DNA of 61,484 nucleotides, filler included, from Basidiobolus ranarum (Eukaryota): NCBI GenBank assembly GCA_040143965.1. It is 14 parts of 14 records of this genome, joined end to end, with 100 filler letters (N's around TTAATTAATTAA, not from the genome) between each part and the next. Parts side by side here need not be neighbours in the genome. Positions count along the whole stretch, not along the records: positions 1 to 4,312 come from JASJQH010008893.1; positions 4,413 to 8,722 come from JASJQH010008894.1; positions 8,823 to 13,131 come from JASJQH010008895.1; 11 more parts are not named here. One strand, 5' to 3'. Shown piece by piece: positions 1 to 11,665 of this stretch (position 1 is its first letter; each line of letters starts with the position of its first letter). The notes under the pieces were generated by a model. It saw only the letters and a program-made list of their open reading frames with translations, ran no database searches and was not told where the DNA came from. The position numbers and the translations under genes were made by a program.

Positions 1-1805
1 TACATTGAAGGATGCAGCTTTTATTTTTGAGGAGTGGAGAGTTCAATCTAATCTTATCAACCAGGTGTTTATTGGTTTTCTTATACTTTTACCATGGTAG
101 CTTGGCAACTGTTGCTTGCCACAGATCTGGTACTAGCAGAAAACATTTGTCAATTGTATGACTTAGAATGCTGCTGTAATTGAACTACCTTCATGTCCAA
201 AAGGTTGTTTAGCCTTCACTGATGATCTGAAAAGCTTGAAATCATGTACTGTTTGCACATATTTGGCAATTACTGGATCTAATAAATATTGTTTGCATTT
301 GGCTTTCATACCAATGATTCCCCATCTTCAAGTCTTGTTGTAATCAGCTAAATATAGATCATTGAAGCATTACAAAAGTACTTGTTTTAAACTGATGATA
401 ATACCACCATGATACATGGATATCACTAACAGAATCTAAAAAGTCAAGGTTTCTTTTAGAACACACATGATCATGCATTTGCATTGGCTCTGGATGGTTT
501 ATCACCACACAAATTGGAAATACTTGCTGGCCATTAATCTTAATTAACTTCAGTATTCCTCCTTCTGAATGAAATCAGAGTCAAAATATTTTCTTTCTAT
601 CTGTCATATCTGGACTTAATTAACCAGTGCTTATAGAAACCTTCTTGGAACCTTGGATTGTAGAATTTGAATGGTTATATAATGGGGTTCAGATGAGTGA
701 ATATTTTCTTAAAGCTAATATCATTATGTGCATTAGTAACACTACTACCTTCAATAAACTTGGTGCTTTTGTGGACCCAAAGCATTATCTTGCTATGGAT
801 TTTGTCAAAACAATGGTGTTTACTCTACCAGGCATATATGTTACTACTCTCAAATACAACACTAAATTTCAGGATTTTACTATCAAAAGCCCAGTCAGAT
901 TTCAACATGCTTACTGATCTTAATTCACCAAATAGTCAGTGTAACATCAATCTAGTGATAAGCTGTAAGCCTACAATTATATTGCTAACAGGGATCAGCT
1001 GGAGCCTGCTATTCCCATAAGGCACTATGCACTTACTATTCAACAACATTCCAATACTACTAACTCAGCAATATAATTAAAAGTTCAATAAGAATGAGCC
1101 ATTTGAGATAAGTTCAGAGTTTGAATCAATTGGCATGATGCTTGAAAACAACAAGATATTCTAATTCTTTACCAGGACTCCCATCCATATCCACTCAACT
1201 AGGCATTTATTTAAATGCAAAGACTGGAAGTGTTGGATATGTATATATCCAAGTGGAATCTTGAAAAGATTTGTTCTCAATGAATATTGGCAACATTAGA
1301 AGATGTTTGTGGATCTTGTTAATATATTCTTATGGCATCAACTCACAATGGCACATTTGGGGCAGATACAACAACTGTGCAAAGAATTTGTAATTGAATA
1401 TCAAAAACTTTTCTACAGGTTTAAAGATGATAGACTGCATCTACACTGGCTTGCAATACATTCCCTGCTGCATCTTTCACATTGCTTAGAGATTATAGGC
1501 CTGTAGTATACATTCTGGATGATCCCAATCAAGCATACCTGAGGTCAAATGAAGCTCCATGTGATAGTGTCAGTATTTCCATATGCAAATATGCTTAACC
1601 ATGTATCAGCAAAATCAGTGAAGGCTGTGATGAAATGGGTCAAGGAGACTCCAGGCTAATTGAACCTTGCAGCCAACAACTCTTTTCAATGTACTCATGG
1701 GTTTTTGCATTGTTTGATCATAACAACAGCAACAAAACCCAATCCATGCACACAGAGTGAGTATCTCTATAATTTGAACCACTTTTTTGTGTAATAATCT
1801 GATAA
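1..1805 (+). mobile_element. Decayed CACTA/CMC (Tnp2/Transposase_21-type) transposase, core region
   Basis: Broken frames read CPKGCLAFTDDLKSLKSCTVC, HAFALALDGLSP, FLEPWIVEFEWL, MHLL and HSLLHL, which are CACTA transposase motifs. Many stops and frameshifts. Confidence 0.85.
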
Positions 1806-4258
1806 TTGTTGATCTCCTACCATCAATGATTTTCCCCCTGTCTGCATGAATGTAGCCTTCACATCTTTTTGCATCAGGAGTGCCAAAGTATTACAGAGCT
1901 AGCACAGTTCCTCTCAAGTGTACTGCTGTTTGGTGCTCAGATCCTGTATTTTTGAGATATTTGCTGACAGCTTTCTCTGCCACACCAATTTCTGGATGTG
2001 TTCCAACCCTTTATACATTAAACTACCCACCATGGACAGATAAGAGAACTCCTGACTTTGATTTGAGTCATTTTGAGCCTAATCCAATACAATTGATCAA
2101 TTTCGCATTGGTATTTGTTGGAGTAATACATGCTTGCTATTGCACATGTTGTAGCATTTTAGGATGATTAGTATGTATCCAGACTGATGCATCTTGACTT
2201 CTTGATTAGGTTTATCCCTCTTGATTTGAATTTCAAGGGACTACCTTAATCCACCCATAGCCATTGTTGCAAATTCATTTGATAAGCAAATTTTTTTTGA
2301 TTGAGTACTTTGAGATTATTTGTGGTTACGCAAATATTTTCATCTGCTGTGCATTTTTGAAATTCCAGTAATTCAAAATATGCCTCTATCTTACTGTACT
2401 ATGCCCTGTGCCCTTGTTTGAGTACATAGACTGATCTTTGCATCTTACAGACCACAACAAGGGTTTTTGGGTAAACTAATCCATCTGGATCTAGTCTTTT
2501 AAATTTCTATTCAAAATGGCTGTTTTTCATTGACTTGATGTACATTTTGGTTACACACTGTTAAAAGTGCCAGTATTAATCTAATGAAAAAAAACTTGGC
2601 TACTGCAGCATATGTTTGATTAATATCAACTCCAGAAGTCTGGAAATATCCTTTGGCAACTAATCTTGCTTTGTACCTTTGCATGGTTCCATTGGCTTAG
2701 TTTTTGACTTTGTAAAGCATTCAAATATACTTGTATTTGCGCTGTTAGTAGAGGGCTTGCAACCCATTTTTTACTGTGCCAAAGTAATAAAATTTACCTG
2801 ACATTGCTTTTCCCATATTCTGGATTCTGGACACTGAGGAGCTTGATTCAAAGTCTGTGGCTCATCAGAGATTGCTGCATGAGCATAGACATCATACTGT
2901 AAGTATTTCACCAGTTCCCTGTCTGAATTCTACTTCTGCATGAGCTTTTAGGTCCTGAAGTATCCTCTGTGGCAATTGGGGCCAAATTTTTGGTTAGTTT
3001 GGGCTCAGATATTGGTGGATTCTTATCAGACTATTCCTGAATAATGATGATTGTGTTTTCTTGATCAAGAACTGTGATCTGTGGTGCACAACTTATTGGT
3101 CCATCAAAAAGCACATCTCCACCCCTAATTGACTTCACATATCTGGTACTTATTAGTCAGTAAGCCTTAGATTGATCACATTAGCCAAGAAATATGCATT
3201 ATCTGCTTTTAGGTTCCAACAGTGGAGTATTTCTAAGCTGGAATCAGGCAATATGCTGTGTGAATAAAGAGCATGAGATAATCTGTGCTTGTTTTGATCT
3301 ATACAGCTTCAGATGAGCAGACTTTTGTAACAATCTTATTGGCCATCTGGTTTTGACACAGACTATAGTGAAGATGGATTTAGCCCAACAATGGTAATCT
3401 AGCTTTTGATGATGTATCATATATATTGCCATCTGCACTTTGTTCCCATTAGAGTAATCTGCAACTTCATTTTGCAGTGGAGTGTAAGATATGCTAGTTT
3501 CTTGCTTAGTTCTATGATTAGAGCAAAAACAAGCAAGGTCTTTTGAGCAGCATTCTCCTTCATTACTTTTCCTCTGTATCCTTATTTTCTGTGCTAATTC
3601 TTTCTCTACCATTGCTTTGTATTGCTAGAACTTTGCTAGGGCTTTGGATATTGATACCAGGAAGGATACCCAAACATATCTGGTTTTGCCATAAATTAAG
3701 ATTATAAAGAGATTTTGGCCACACACAGAGATATGTTTCATGGGCCCGCCTAGATTAGAATGAATCAGGGCCACATTCTTAGTGAATTTTATCTCTCCAG
3801 AGCTTGAAAATAGCTGTCTATAATGTTTTCCATGTTTGCAGATCCAACTTAATAATATTTTCAATTTCTAATCCTGAAACAAGCTAATTTTGGATTGTTT
3901 GTGTCATTTTTGTTCCCTAATGTGGCCTATTTGTCTATGCCACTCCTTGTCTGCTTATTTCATCAGTTTGGGCCAAGTTTGCATTCTCAGAATGCATTTT
4001 GTTTATTTCTGGTTTGCATAAGTTTTAAGTTTTGATCCCATTGGCTAAACTGGTATTATTCTGATTTGTGATGATGCATCCAGCCTTGCTGAACATGAGA
4101 CTTGGTCCTTGAGTTGTTGCTACACTTACTGGGAGTAGATTCTTGGCTATATTTGGTACATAGAGAACATCATCCAATTTTGTAGGTGATATAGCTGAAT
4201 TTTGTTCCAAGTTGAGGCAACTGTGCCCTTACCCACTGCATCTAGTGCATTGTCATAC
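1806..4258 (-). mobile_element. Decayed Ty1/copia pol (protease end, integrase, RT, RNase H start)
   Basis: DVLYVPNIAKNLL, YTPLQNEVA and RYKARLVAKG-like motifs in copia domain order. Confidence 0.9.
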
Positions 4259-4312
4259 AGAGATGTTATTAAAAATCCTATGGATTTTGGGACAATAGGC
4301 AAGAAAATCGAG

Positions 4313-4412
4313 NNNNNNNNNNNNNNNNNNNNNNNNNNNNNNNNNNNNNNNNNNNNTTAATTAATTAANNNNNNNNNNNNNNNNNNNNNNNNNNNNNNNN
4401 NNNNNNNNNNNN
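4313..4412. other. Artificial contig linker (first of 13)
   Basis: 44 N + TTAATTAATTAA (stops in six frames) + 44 N. The same linker starts at 8723, 13132, 17537, 21941, 26344, 30744, 35141, 39536, 43931, 48323, 52712 and 57099. Contig lengths decrease from 4312 to 4286. Confidence 0.99.
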
Positions 4413-4517
4413 GTCCGATGGAAACTCAAATAGGTCCACATTTTCGGTTTCCAAAAATCGCTTAGCAAGAACTTCGAATTCCCGCTCCGCAGTGTTGATT
4501 GTATTCTGATTACTCAT
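4413..4517 (-). CDS. 5' end of an unknown protein truncated by the contig end (MSNQNTINTAEREFEVLAKRFLETENVDLFEFPSD); possibly an R3H-domain start
   Basis: ATG in CpG-retaining host-like sequence, open to the gap. The F-x6-LFEFP pattern resembles R3H N-termini, but only 35 aa are visible. Confidence 0.35.
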
Positions 4518-4852
4518 ATTTTTCGTATCCTGTTTCGTATTATGATCGCTTTTTATATCGTAATCCAAAATAGAGCCGAGTGATTGGCCGAATATTGGGC
4601 CCAATAGAAGTGAAATCGATTCTTTACTATATTAAGCTACTACACCACAGCATGAAATGGATTCAACCTAATACTACAAGGCTAAAGGTAAAGTTGCGGA
4701 TACGGTTAATCAGTTGTCATCAAAAGCATCGAGTCTTTTCGTGACAACGTATGAAATCCATCCTACCTCGATACAGTGACTAGGGTGAGGGGGAGGTGAA
4801 AATTCACCCAATGATGCAATCATTACATATCTGTCAAGCACAATAACTCGAG

Positions 4853-4943
4853 TGGATGAGGTTCATCCGTTGTATACAGGTGAGATATTTGACTGTTTAA
4901 GTCGAAGGGACTACACGTGTAGATATCGGATGAACCTCATCCA
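4853..4943. repeat. 17-bp perfect inverted repeat with internal palindromes
   Basis: TGGATGAGGTTCATCCG (4853-4869) and CGGATGAACCTCATCCA (4927-4943), enclosing the palindrome CTACACGTGTAG (4911-4922). Confidence 0.8.
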
Positions 4944-6348
4944 GTGTATACCTCACCTTGATAAACGCATTAGGGATATGTAATTTCACCAAGTGCTTAA
5001 GGGTGAGAGCGTGGAAGTTGTCTCGGTGGCTGGTTAAATGAACATCAACTTCAACCAGGATAAATTGGGTTGTCATATGCATCGATTCAAGTTATGCAAC
5101 CCATCGTGAAGGATGGGGATGGCGACTGTGAGAGTAACAGTATTGGTAATTGCAAAGATAATGCCAATAGAGGAAACCGAGTTTGTGCATACGACTTGGC
5201 GAAATGTGGAAATGGTAATGTTGTTAGCAGTGGGGTGCTAATAATGCCGGTATTATTATGCCTAAATAAGAGCAAACTATTTATGATAGCGATTGCTTCT
5301 GCGTTTGTGTCAGAAGTGTATGGGTGTTGAAAGTATTGGATACGGATGGAAATGTCTGTTTGTTGGATAGGTATGTAGTTACAGACTTCTTACCTATAAA
5401 CCTGCTTATCTCGGTTGTAGCCACTAGTTATAGTGTATTTATTTACGAGTCGGTTTGCAGACGTACTAGAAAATATATAGTTGGAGGACATGGAGGCATT
5501 GTTAGGTTGGTATATATGTACTTATCAACGGAAAACTTGTATTTGAGGTTTGATGATAAACAAGCACATGTTTGCAATATCTGAATATAAAGTCGTACTA
5601 GATATCACGAGTAACTAGTGGTCAACCATTCTCTCGCAAACCTAACTCTGAGCACATTATTTCAAAATAGGTTTGTCGTTAGAGATAAATTGGCTCATGA
5701 CAATGACAGTGGTACGTTTCCTGATCAAATTTAGTATTATTAAACCTCAGGACTCAAGGTGCTACCTAACGTGCTCAAGTCAATGTCACACCAAAAGGAG
5801 GTAATCCAAGCTAATGAACACAAGTGGATGTAAGTAAGAACGGACAATCAACATTTTATTATTTAAACTCGTTTCAAAGACCACCTTGGTGATATGATCC
5901 TGCTAGTAGTGTCAGTTAATGACTTACTGTGCAAATCACCATATGACTTTGATTGCTGAAGCAATTACAGGTAGCTTTTACTAGACACAGATCTAGCATG
6001 ATTCTTATGATTGCCTTAGAAAATTCAAATCTTTATTTAGTGTAGCGTAAATTTTTAATTTAACTCCATTTACCAATAAATCCCCGATTGTGAAGTAGCC
6101 TGCATACAGCATATTCCATACTCACTATTGATAGTGTTCTCACACAATAACTCAGATTCTGAATATTCTCCCGAGATAGATTGGAAACATTGCTTACTTA
6201 CAGCTATATCTATAACTCTAGTGTCAATATTGATATATTGACTGAATCTTAAGTTATTGTTTAAAGGAATACAGGGGTTAAACCTAGTTAAACTCATTCA
6301 TACGAGAATTAAATTTCAAATATCATATTTGATAACTTGAATTGGGGA

Positions 6349-6714
6349 ATGTTTTTATTTTGCTCTACATTTATCCTATTATTAATTAGTACTGTTTATA
6401 CTCATAAGGTATGGACTTGGCTAGAGAGAGATAATGATAAGGTTCTTTGGAATAGCAAGGATTTTGATCGTGTGGAAAATTCGTGTGTTAATTTCGATAG
6501 ACCTGTAAATCGTGGAGCTATGTGTACTAAAGGTACTTGGGGTTGGAAATGTCTGACTATGTTTGAGGGTAAAGACTGTACTGGTAATAGTCATGTAGAA
6601 CGTATCAACTATTTAGGTGGCAGTTGCGTTGACAATTACAATAAAAATAAAAATTTCAATATTGATCATAAGACAGACTTCTGGGCCTATTCAGCAAAGA
6701 CTAACAATTATTAG
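6349..6714 (+). CDS. Small secreted cysteine-containing protein, 121 aa, intronless
   Basis: ATG at 6349, hydrophobic signal peptide MFLFCSTFILLLISTVYT, five Cys in the mature part, CLTMFEGKDCTG motif. Confidence 0.7.
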   Translation: MFLFCSTFILLLISTVYTHKVWTWLERDNDKVLWNSKDFDRVENSCVNFDRPVNRGAMCTKGTWGWKCLTMFEGKDCTGNSHVERINYLGGSCVDNYNKNKNFNIDHKTDFWAYSAKTNNY

Positions 6715-7075
6715 TGAGTATTTCTTTTTTTAAAACTCATTTATCTACTCTATAAATAGATTATCTCATGATCCAGTGTGAAGGAAGGGCCCAATGGACC
6801 ATTGATGCCCAAAGTTTGAAGTCTTCTTCAAAATGCTACCTATATACCGCAAAGGAGAAATCAATGCTTTGGATGACCCTAAGATATTTGAGTAATCCAA
6901 GCAACCGGGAGAAAGCAGATCGTCGAGGCCGGTATTGTGACAGATTTTTATGTCACATTCACAGCTAGTGTCCTATAACATATTCTTTCATTGAGTCAAT
7001 TGGTTTCCATACAAAATACCAGCTGTTAAGCGGTGCAATAACAGGGTTAGGGTTAGAGAGGATGAAAAGCACCAG

Positions 7076-7371
7076 TGTTGAAGTATTTTGGGAATTATTG
7101 GAAGAGATTTGGAGAACTAGAATAATTGGTGGCTTTTACTTACTGATCTATTGAGAGCAAGCTGACATTTATCATTTTGTCCAGAAGAAAATAAACTAAC
7201 ATGTAGAATATGCTTAAGAAGGTCTCAGGAACATGTGTACAAGGTTTGAGGTCTTTTGGACAAGTTTGAAAACTTCCAAGTTGGTAAAAATATTATAAGT
7301 GAATTCTGAGTAAAGACATTTAGCAGTAGCTATATGACTAAATAGACGTTTGAGCTATGTAATTCTCAATA
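7076..7371 (-). mobile_element. Copia solo LTR with 5-bp target-site duplication
   Basis: TGTTG...CAATA ends, flanked by ACCAG at 7071-7075 and 7372-7376; homologous to the LTRs at 38413 and 40395. Confidence 0.85.
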
Positions 7372-7492
7372 ACCAGAAGGTGTAATATTTACTAGGGTAC
7401 ATATTTACAAGTAAAAGTTGAAGTATTTTGGGAGTTTGTTGGAAGTGATTTGGAGAACTATAAGAATTGATGGTTTTTGTTTATCGATTTAT

Positions 7493-7947
7493 TTGCCTAG
7501 ACACCTATATAGTCATATATAGCGTAGCATTTAGTTATCCTATATTTCACCAAGATATTACCCATTATTCAATATCAGTATTTACTTAGATTATTTTTAC
7601 TAACTTAGAAGTTCTCAGATATATAGATTTTTCAAACTTGCCCTAGAAGCCCCAAGCTTTGCACACATGTTTCTGGGATCTTCCCTAACATATTCTACAC
7701 GTTCTTTTGCCTACCTCCTGATAAAACTATATATGTCAACTTTCTACTCAATAAATCAATAAGTGAAAACCACCAATTCCTCTAATTCTCCAAACTACTT
7801 CCAACAGGCTCTCAAATACTTTAACAGGTTATGAGCCCCGAGCTTGCACTCTCTGTAATGTCTACTTCTTAAATTTATGGAACTTTTCCCTCTTCTGAAA
7901 AATTGGATGGGACCAATTATCAAGTTTGGAAAATTAAAATGAAAGTT
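7493..7947 (+). mobile_element. Copia 5' LTR (partial) + PBS + gag start
   Basis: LTR ends TTAACA at 7826, PBS GGTTATGAGCCC at 7827-7838, then gag EKLDGTNYQVWKIKM. An inverted LTR fragment lies at about 7418-7492. Confidence 0.9.
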
Positions 7948-8080
7948 TCATAAATATTTAATATTTTTTATATCACTGTAAAAGTTGAATACTCATTTGG
8001 GTATATAACTTGACGGCAATTAAAGTTTACTAGAACTTGAGAGAATAATGTCCATTTCCAATGTTTTTTCCATCTATCAG

Positions 8081-8152
8081 GGCTCAATGGTCTAGTCGTA
8101 TGATTCCTCGTTTGGGTCGTGGAGATCCCGGCTTCAATTCGCGGTTGAGCCT
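8081..8152 (+). tRNA. tRNA-Pro(TGG), probably a pseudogene
   Basis: Acceptor stem GGCTCAA/TTGAGCC and anticodon loop TT-TGG-GT. The D-loop GG is changed to CG, the anticodon stem has one mismatch and the T stem two (including G53). Confidence 0.8.
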
Positions 8153-8566
8153 CCATTTTCTTGTACGTCATGTCTCATTTTAATATCATCGCGTTTGAAG
8201 TAATAATCAATATCGGTAGTGGTGGAGAGAGTGTTACGAAAAGTGCGACAGGAACCCCCAGACAGAGTGAGCTATTGAAGAAGCAAACCTCTCATTCTCT
8301 GATCGGTTTTCAGTTAAATATATAAATGTGTACTGATTCGTGATAATTTAGTGATATTTTTGTCAATGGATACCAGGCTCAATAATAAGTGGTCTATTTT
8401 ATATAAATATGCCGTCACTTTAAGATAAATTTCCTGGTTGTGTTGAAACGTAATATTTATTATTGCTATCCAAGATATACTTGGTATTATTTAGAATCGG
8501 GTATCTTTTGTAAATATTGTACATAGTTAAATACATATGGACTGAAACTTGAATTTCAATTTGAGC

Positions 8567-8722
8567 TTAATCCAATTCTTCAACAGTTGGTTCCCTGTTG
8601 TCACCACCTGGGAAGTCACCAGGAGCTCCACCAGTAGTTTGGTACATCTTGGTCATAATAGGATTGGCAACACCTTCCAACTCTTTTTGCTTCTCTTCGT
8701 ACTCTTCCTTAGAAGCTTCTTG
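8567..8722 (-). CDS. HSP70: Cytosolic Hsp70, C-terminal fragment
   Basis: [51 protein letters not shown]; the 5' part lies beyond the contig end. Confidence 0.93.
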   Translation of the reverse strand, partial: QEASKEEYEEKQKELEGVANPIMTKMYQTTGGAPGDFPGGDNREPTVEELD

Positions 8723-8822
8723 NNNNNNNNNNNNNNNNNNNNNNNNNNNNNNNNNNNNNNNNNNNNTTAATTAATTAANNNNNNNNNNNNNNNNNNNNNN
8801 NNNNNNNNNNNNNNNNNNNNNN

Positions 8823-9308
8823 CGCTTCAGCAATACTAGGATCTTGTATACCGTCATACAATCCTATTTCAGTATAGTAAGCATATCCAGGACTAACAAG
8901 GGGAGCACTATATTTTCCACTTCCTTTACTTCCATAAGTACATTCGGTGTCGCAATTTCCTGGCGTAATGGATCCAAGATATGGATATCCATCCTCTGGA
9001 TTGCTTAATTGAAGCCCTAGATACATATTTCCACCGTCCATTCCGTTACGGTGAACCCAGTAAGTGAGACCTACATTGTGGGCATCAGGATCCTTATTTT
9101 GATAGTTCACAAATAAAGTGGTCAAAGCATCAGCAAATGCAGTTGCAACATCAGAAGTTACTCCGAACTCATCATTCATCCATCCTTTTGGCATTGGAGG
9201 AATAGTAGTGTTTCTTGAGGCATTTTTAGACTTATTCAGGACAGGAGCAGCTTGAACATCAATTGCTGCGAAAGCAATGATACCTCCGATGAGAGTAGTA
9301 TAACGCAT
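8823..9308 (-). CDS. Secreted protein of unknown family, 3' truncated
   Basis: 162 open codons, signal peptide MRYTTLIGGIIAFAAIDVQA, TATATATA about 45 bp upstream, Gly/Tyr-rich, no introns seen. Confidence 0.8.
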
Positions 9309-9722
9309 TTTGCTGGGTAAAGTATGAGGGATAAGACGACTTATTTGGGGTATATATATGTCAATAACACTGAGGCTTGTGAGAATTCACTACCACACTC
9401 AAATAGATTTCAGCTCTAGGCCAAGCAATGTAGCTACTTTGAAAGCCATTTCTAAACCGGGACTTGACTGAGAAACAATGCATTCACGGAATTATTTTCC
9501 AGTGATAAAAAACACCTTAACAGCAAAATCAATTCTACAAGAATCCAATAAGAATCCATTCTAAGAGTGGCGGTAACACTCGCGTATCGGATCGATCGCT
9601 TTTCATCACAGAGATCTTGCAGTATCTGGACAGTCTCGATCCCGATAGATCAAGTGTATAGACAATCTAATCAAGTTAGCAACTATTCCGAATTTCCCGA
9701 TTCCATCTAGTTAATAATCATG

Positions 9723-9975
9723 GCCGAATTTCTGGATCGGGGTTTGGGGTTCTTGGTGAATATATTTACCGATCTTTCTGCACAAGGGTAGGATTGTTAA
9801 AGTCAGGGTAGCGTAATATAGGAGATATGGCTGCTCTCCAAGATAGATTGTAAGGCTTAATATAGTTAATGACATTTGCCGAGTTTTGTGGATTCGGAGC
9901 TTTATGGTAATGTTGGGGATATATTAACCGAGCTTTCTATACAAGGGTAGGTTAGTTAAGTCAAGATATGGCGTA
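9723..9975. repeat. Diverged direct repeat of about 100 bp, two copies
   Basis: GCCGA...ATATT.ACCGA.CTTTCT..ACAAGGGTAGG.T.GTTAA...AGATATGGC at about 9723-9831 and 9878-9975. Confidence 0.7.
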
Positions 9976-11375
9976 GATGATCGATACTGTTGAATCTAGC
10001 AAGATTACAAAATATTCCAACAATTAGATAACATGTGAAAGTTGTAAAAGGTCTTCACCTAGGACTATCGTACTTACCTGTGCTTGCTTACTTCCAAATT
10101 GGTGTTCAGTCTAGAATTTGTAAATTCCCATTCTTGAGGTATCTTTCAGCATCATAATGCACACTTCGCAATATATCAGGAAAAGTGAAAGTGGCACTGC
10201 ACTGCACAAAAACAAAATCCTCATCTAAATATGTACACAATATATCGAGTTAAAATGTTCATATTTGATGTTAACGGAATTATTATTTGGAAAGTAGAAA
10301 TTGGAATGTGTTCCGCAGGTATCTCGGCAATACATGAAAAATGACAAACTGTCAGTTGAAACACACTCCCATTGAACTACATTTAAATCCTGGTTTTCTT
10401 CATCTATTCACAATTGATTCTAATTTCAGGTACGGAGAAGTAAAAATTGGATTCCTGGTGCAGGATACTTAATATTATCAGTAATTCAGCTGAAATTAAC
10501 TGATTTTTTCTTATTCCAGCTATTAGAATTAAGTCAAGACTCACTATGATGTTTTTCTTCTATCTGGACTATGAACGCAAGTATTAAATAATTTAAATAA
10601 ATCAATTTATGACTGTCATTGACAATATGGCGGATTTACAATCAGGTTCTAAGAGTATCGAATGCGGATGATACTGAAAGTCAAGCTTCATTGAAGAAAA
10701 GAGAATGCAATATCTTTTCTGCTCAAACATCCAGTACTTCAACCTACGGTGGACTTTTCATTTCAGTCATATTCATAGACATTTGTTTGTATTATCTTTT
10801 AGTGTAATTTTCACTGCAAAATATGTGAACTCATATCTCATTCTCTTGCATTTAATTAATACCTACCCACTATCAATAATAAGAACACTTAGAGTTACTG
10901 TTAAAGCCCATATATCCTGTTCTAGCCAGCGTTTGGTGATTCTTTAATTAGCATATGGCACTGTATAGTACTCACTAGTAAAGATCATCTAACTTTCTAA
11001 TTCTATTAGTGAATAAATAATCATTTTCAAGCATATTGAAAGGTGTGATAGGTGAAATACTAGTACTCTGTTCTATATTAGTCTTGGACAAACAAAAACA
11101 AGGAACCAGGTTCTGTACACGATGATCAGTTTTTAGACAAACTCTTCTGGGAATCAGCTCCCATCAGGTCTCAATAATAAATCACTATTTATAATCAATG
11201 AATAAATTGCATTCCAAAATATCGAACAACCATTCCCTTCATTATTCCGATAAAACCCGAATTCCGATCAGATTGAAGAAATTCGGATTAGGACCTATTC
11301 TAAGCATGGTTGTAGACTATGCATAGAAAAACTATAATACCAACAACGGTATAGGTTTGAATGATTGAAACAAAA

Positions 11376-11665
11376 TGTAGCTTAGTATTTAGTTATTCCG
11401 TATTTCCCTAAGATATCACCCACTATTCTCAATTGGAATTTACTTTGAAGTTTGAAGATCTGCAGATTTCTCAATCTTGTCCTAGAAGCCCAAACTTTGT
11501 ACACATGTTCCTGGAACCTTCCTTGACATATTTTACATACTTATTTGCTTACCTCTTGAAAGGATTATAAATGTTTACTTTATACTCAATGAATTGATAG
11601 TGAAAACCATCAATTCTTTCTATTTCTCCAAACCATTTCCAACAAACTCCCAAAATACTTGACCA
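11376..11665 (+). mobile_element. Copia LTR remnant
   Basis: Matches the LTR family (GCTTAGTATTTAGTTA...ACACATGTTCCTGG...CTCCCAAAATACTT). Confidence 0.8.

Noticed and set aside
7043..7058. AGGGTTAGGGTTAG telomere-like sequence
   Set aside because: Only about two units, internal to a contig.
8549..8770. 73-aa plus-strand ORF
   Set aside because: Antisense to the Hsp70 C-terminus.
10070..10807. Possible exon remnants (splice-flanked minus segment 10078-10225; plus ORF ending in a hydrophobic GPI-like tail)
   Set aside because: In-frame stops, no recognisable family and no coherent gene model.
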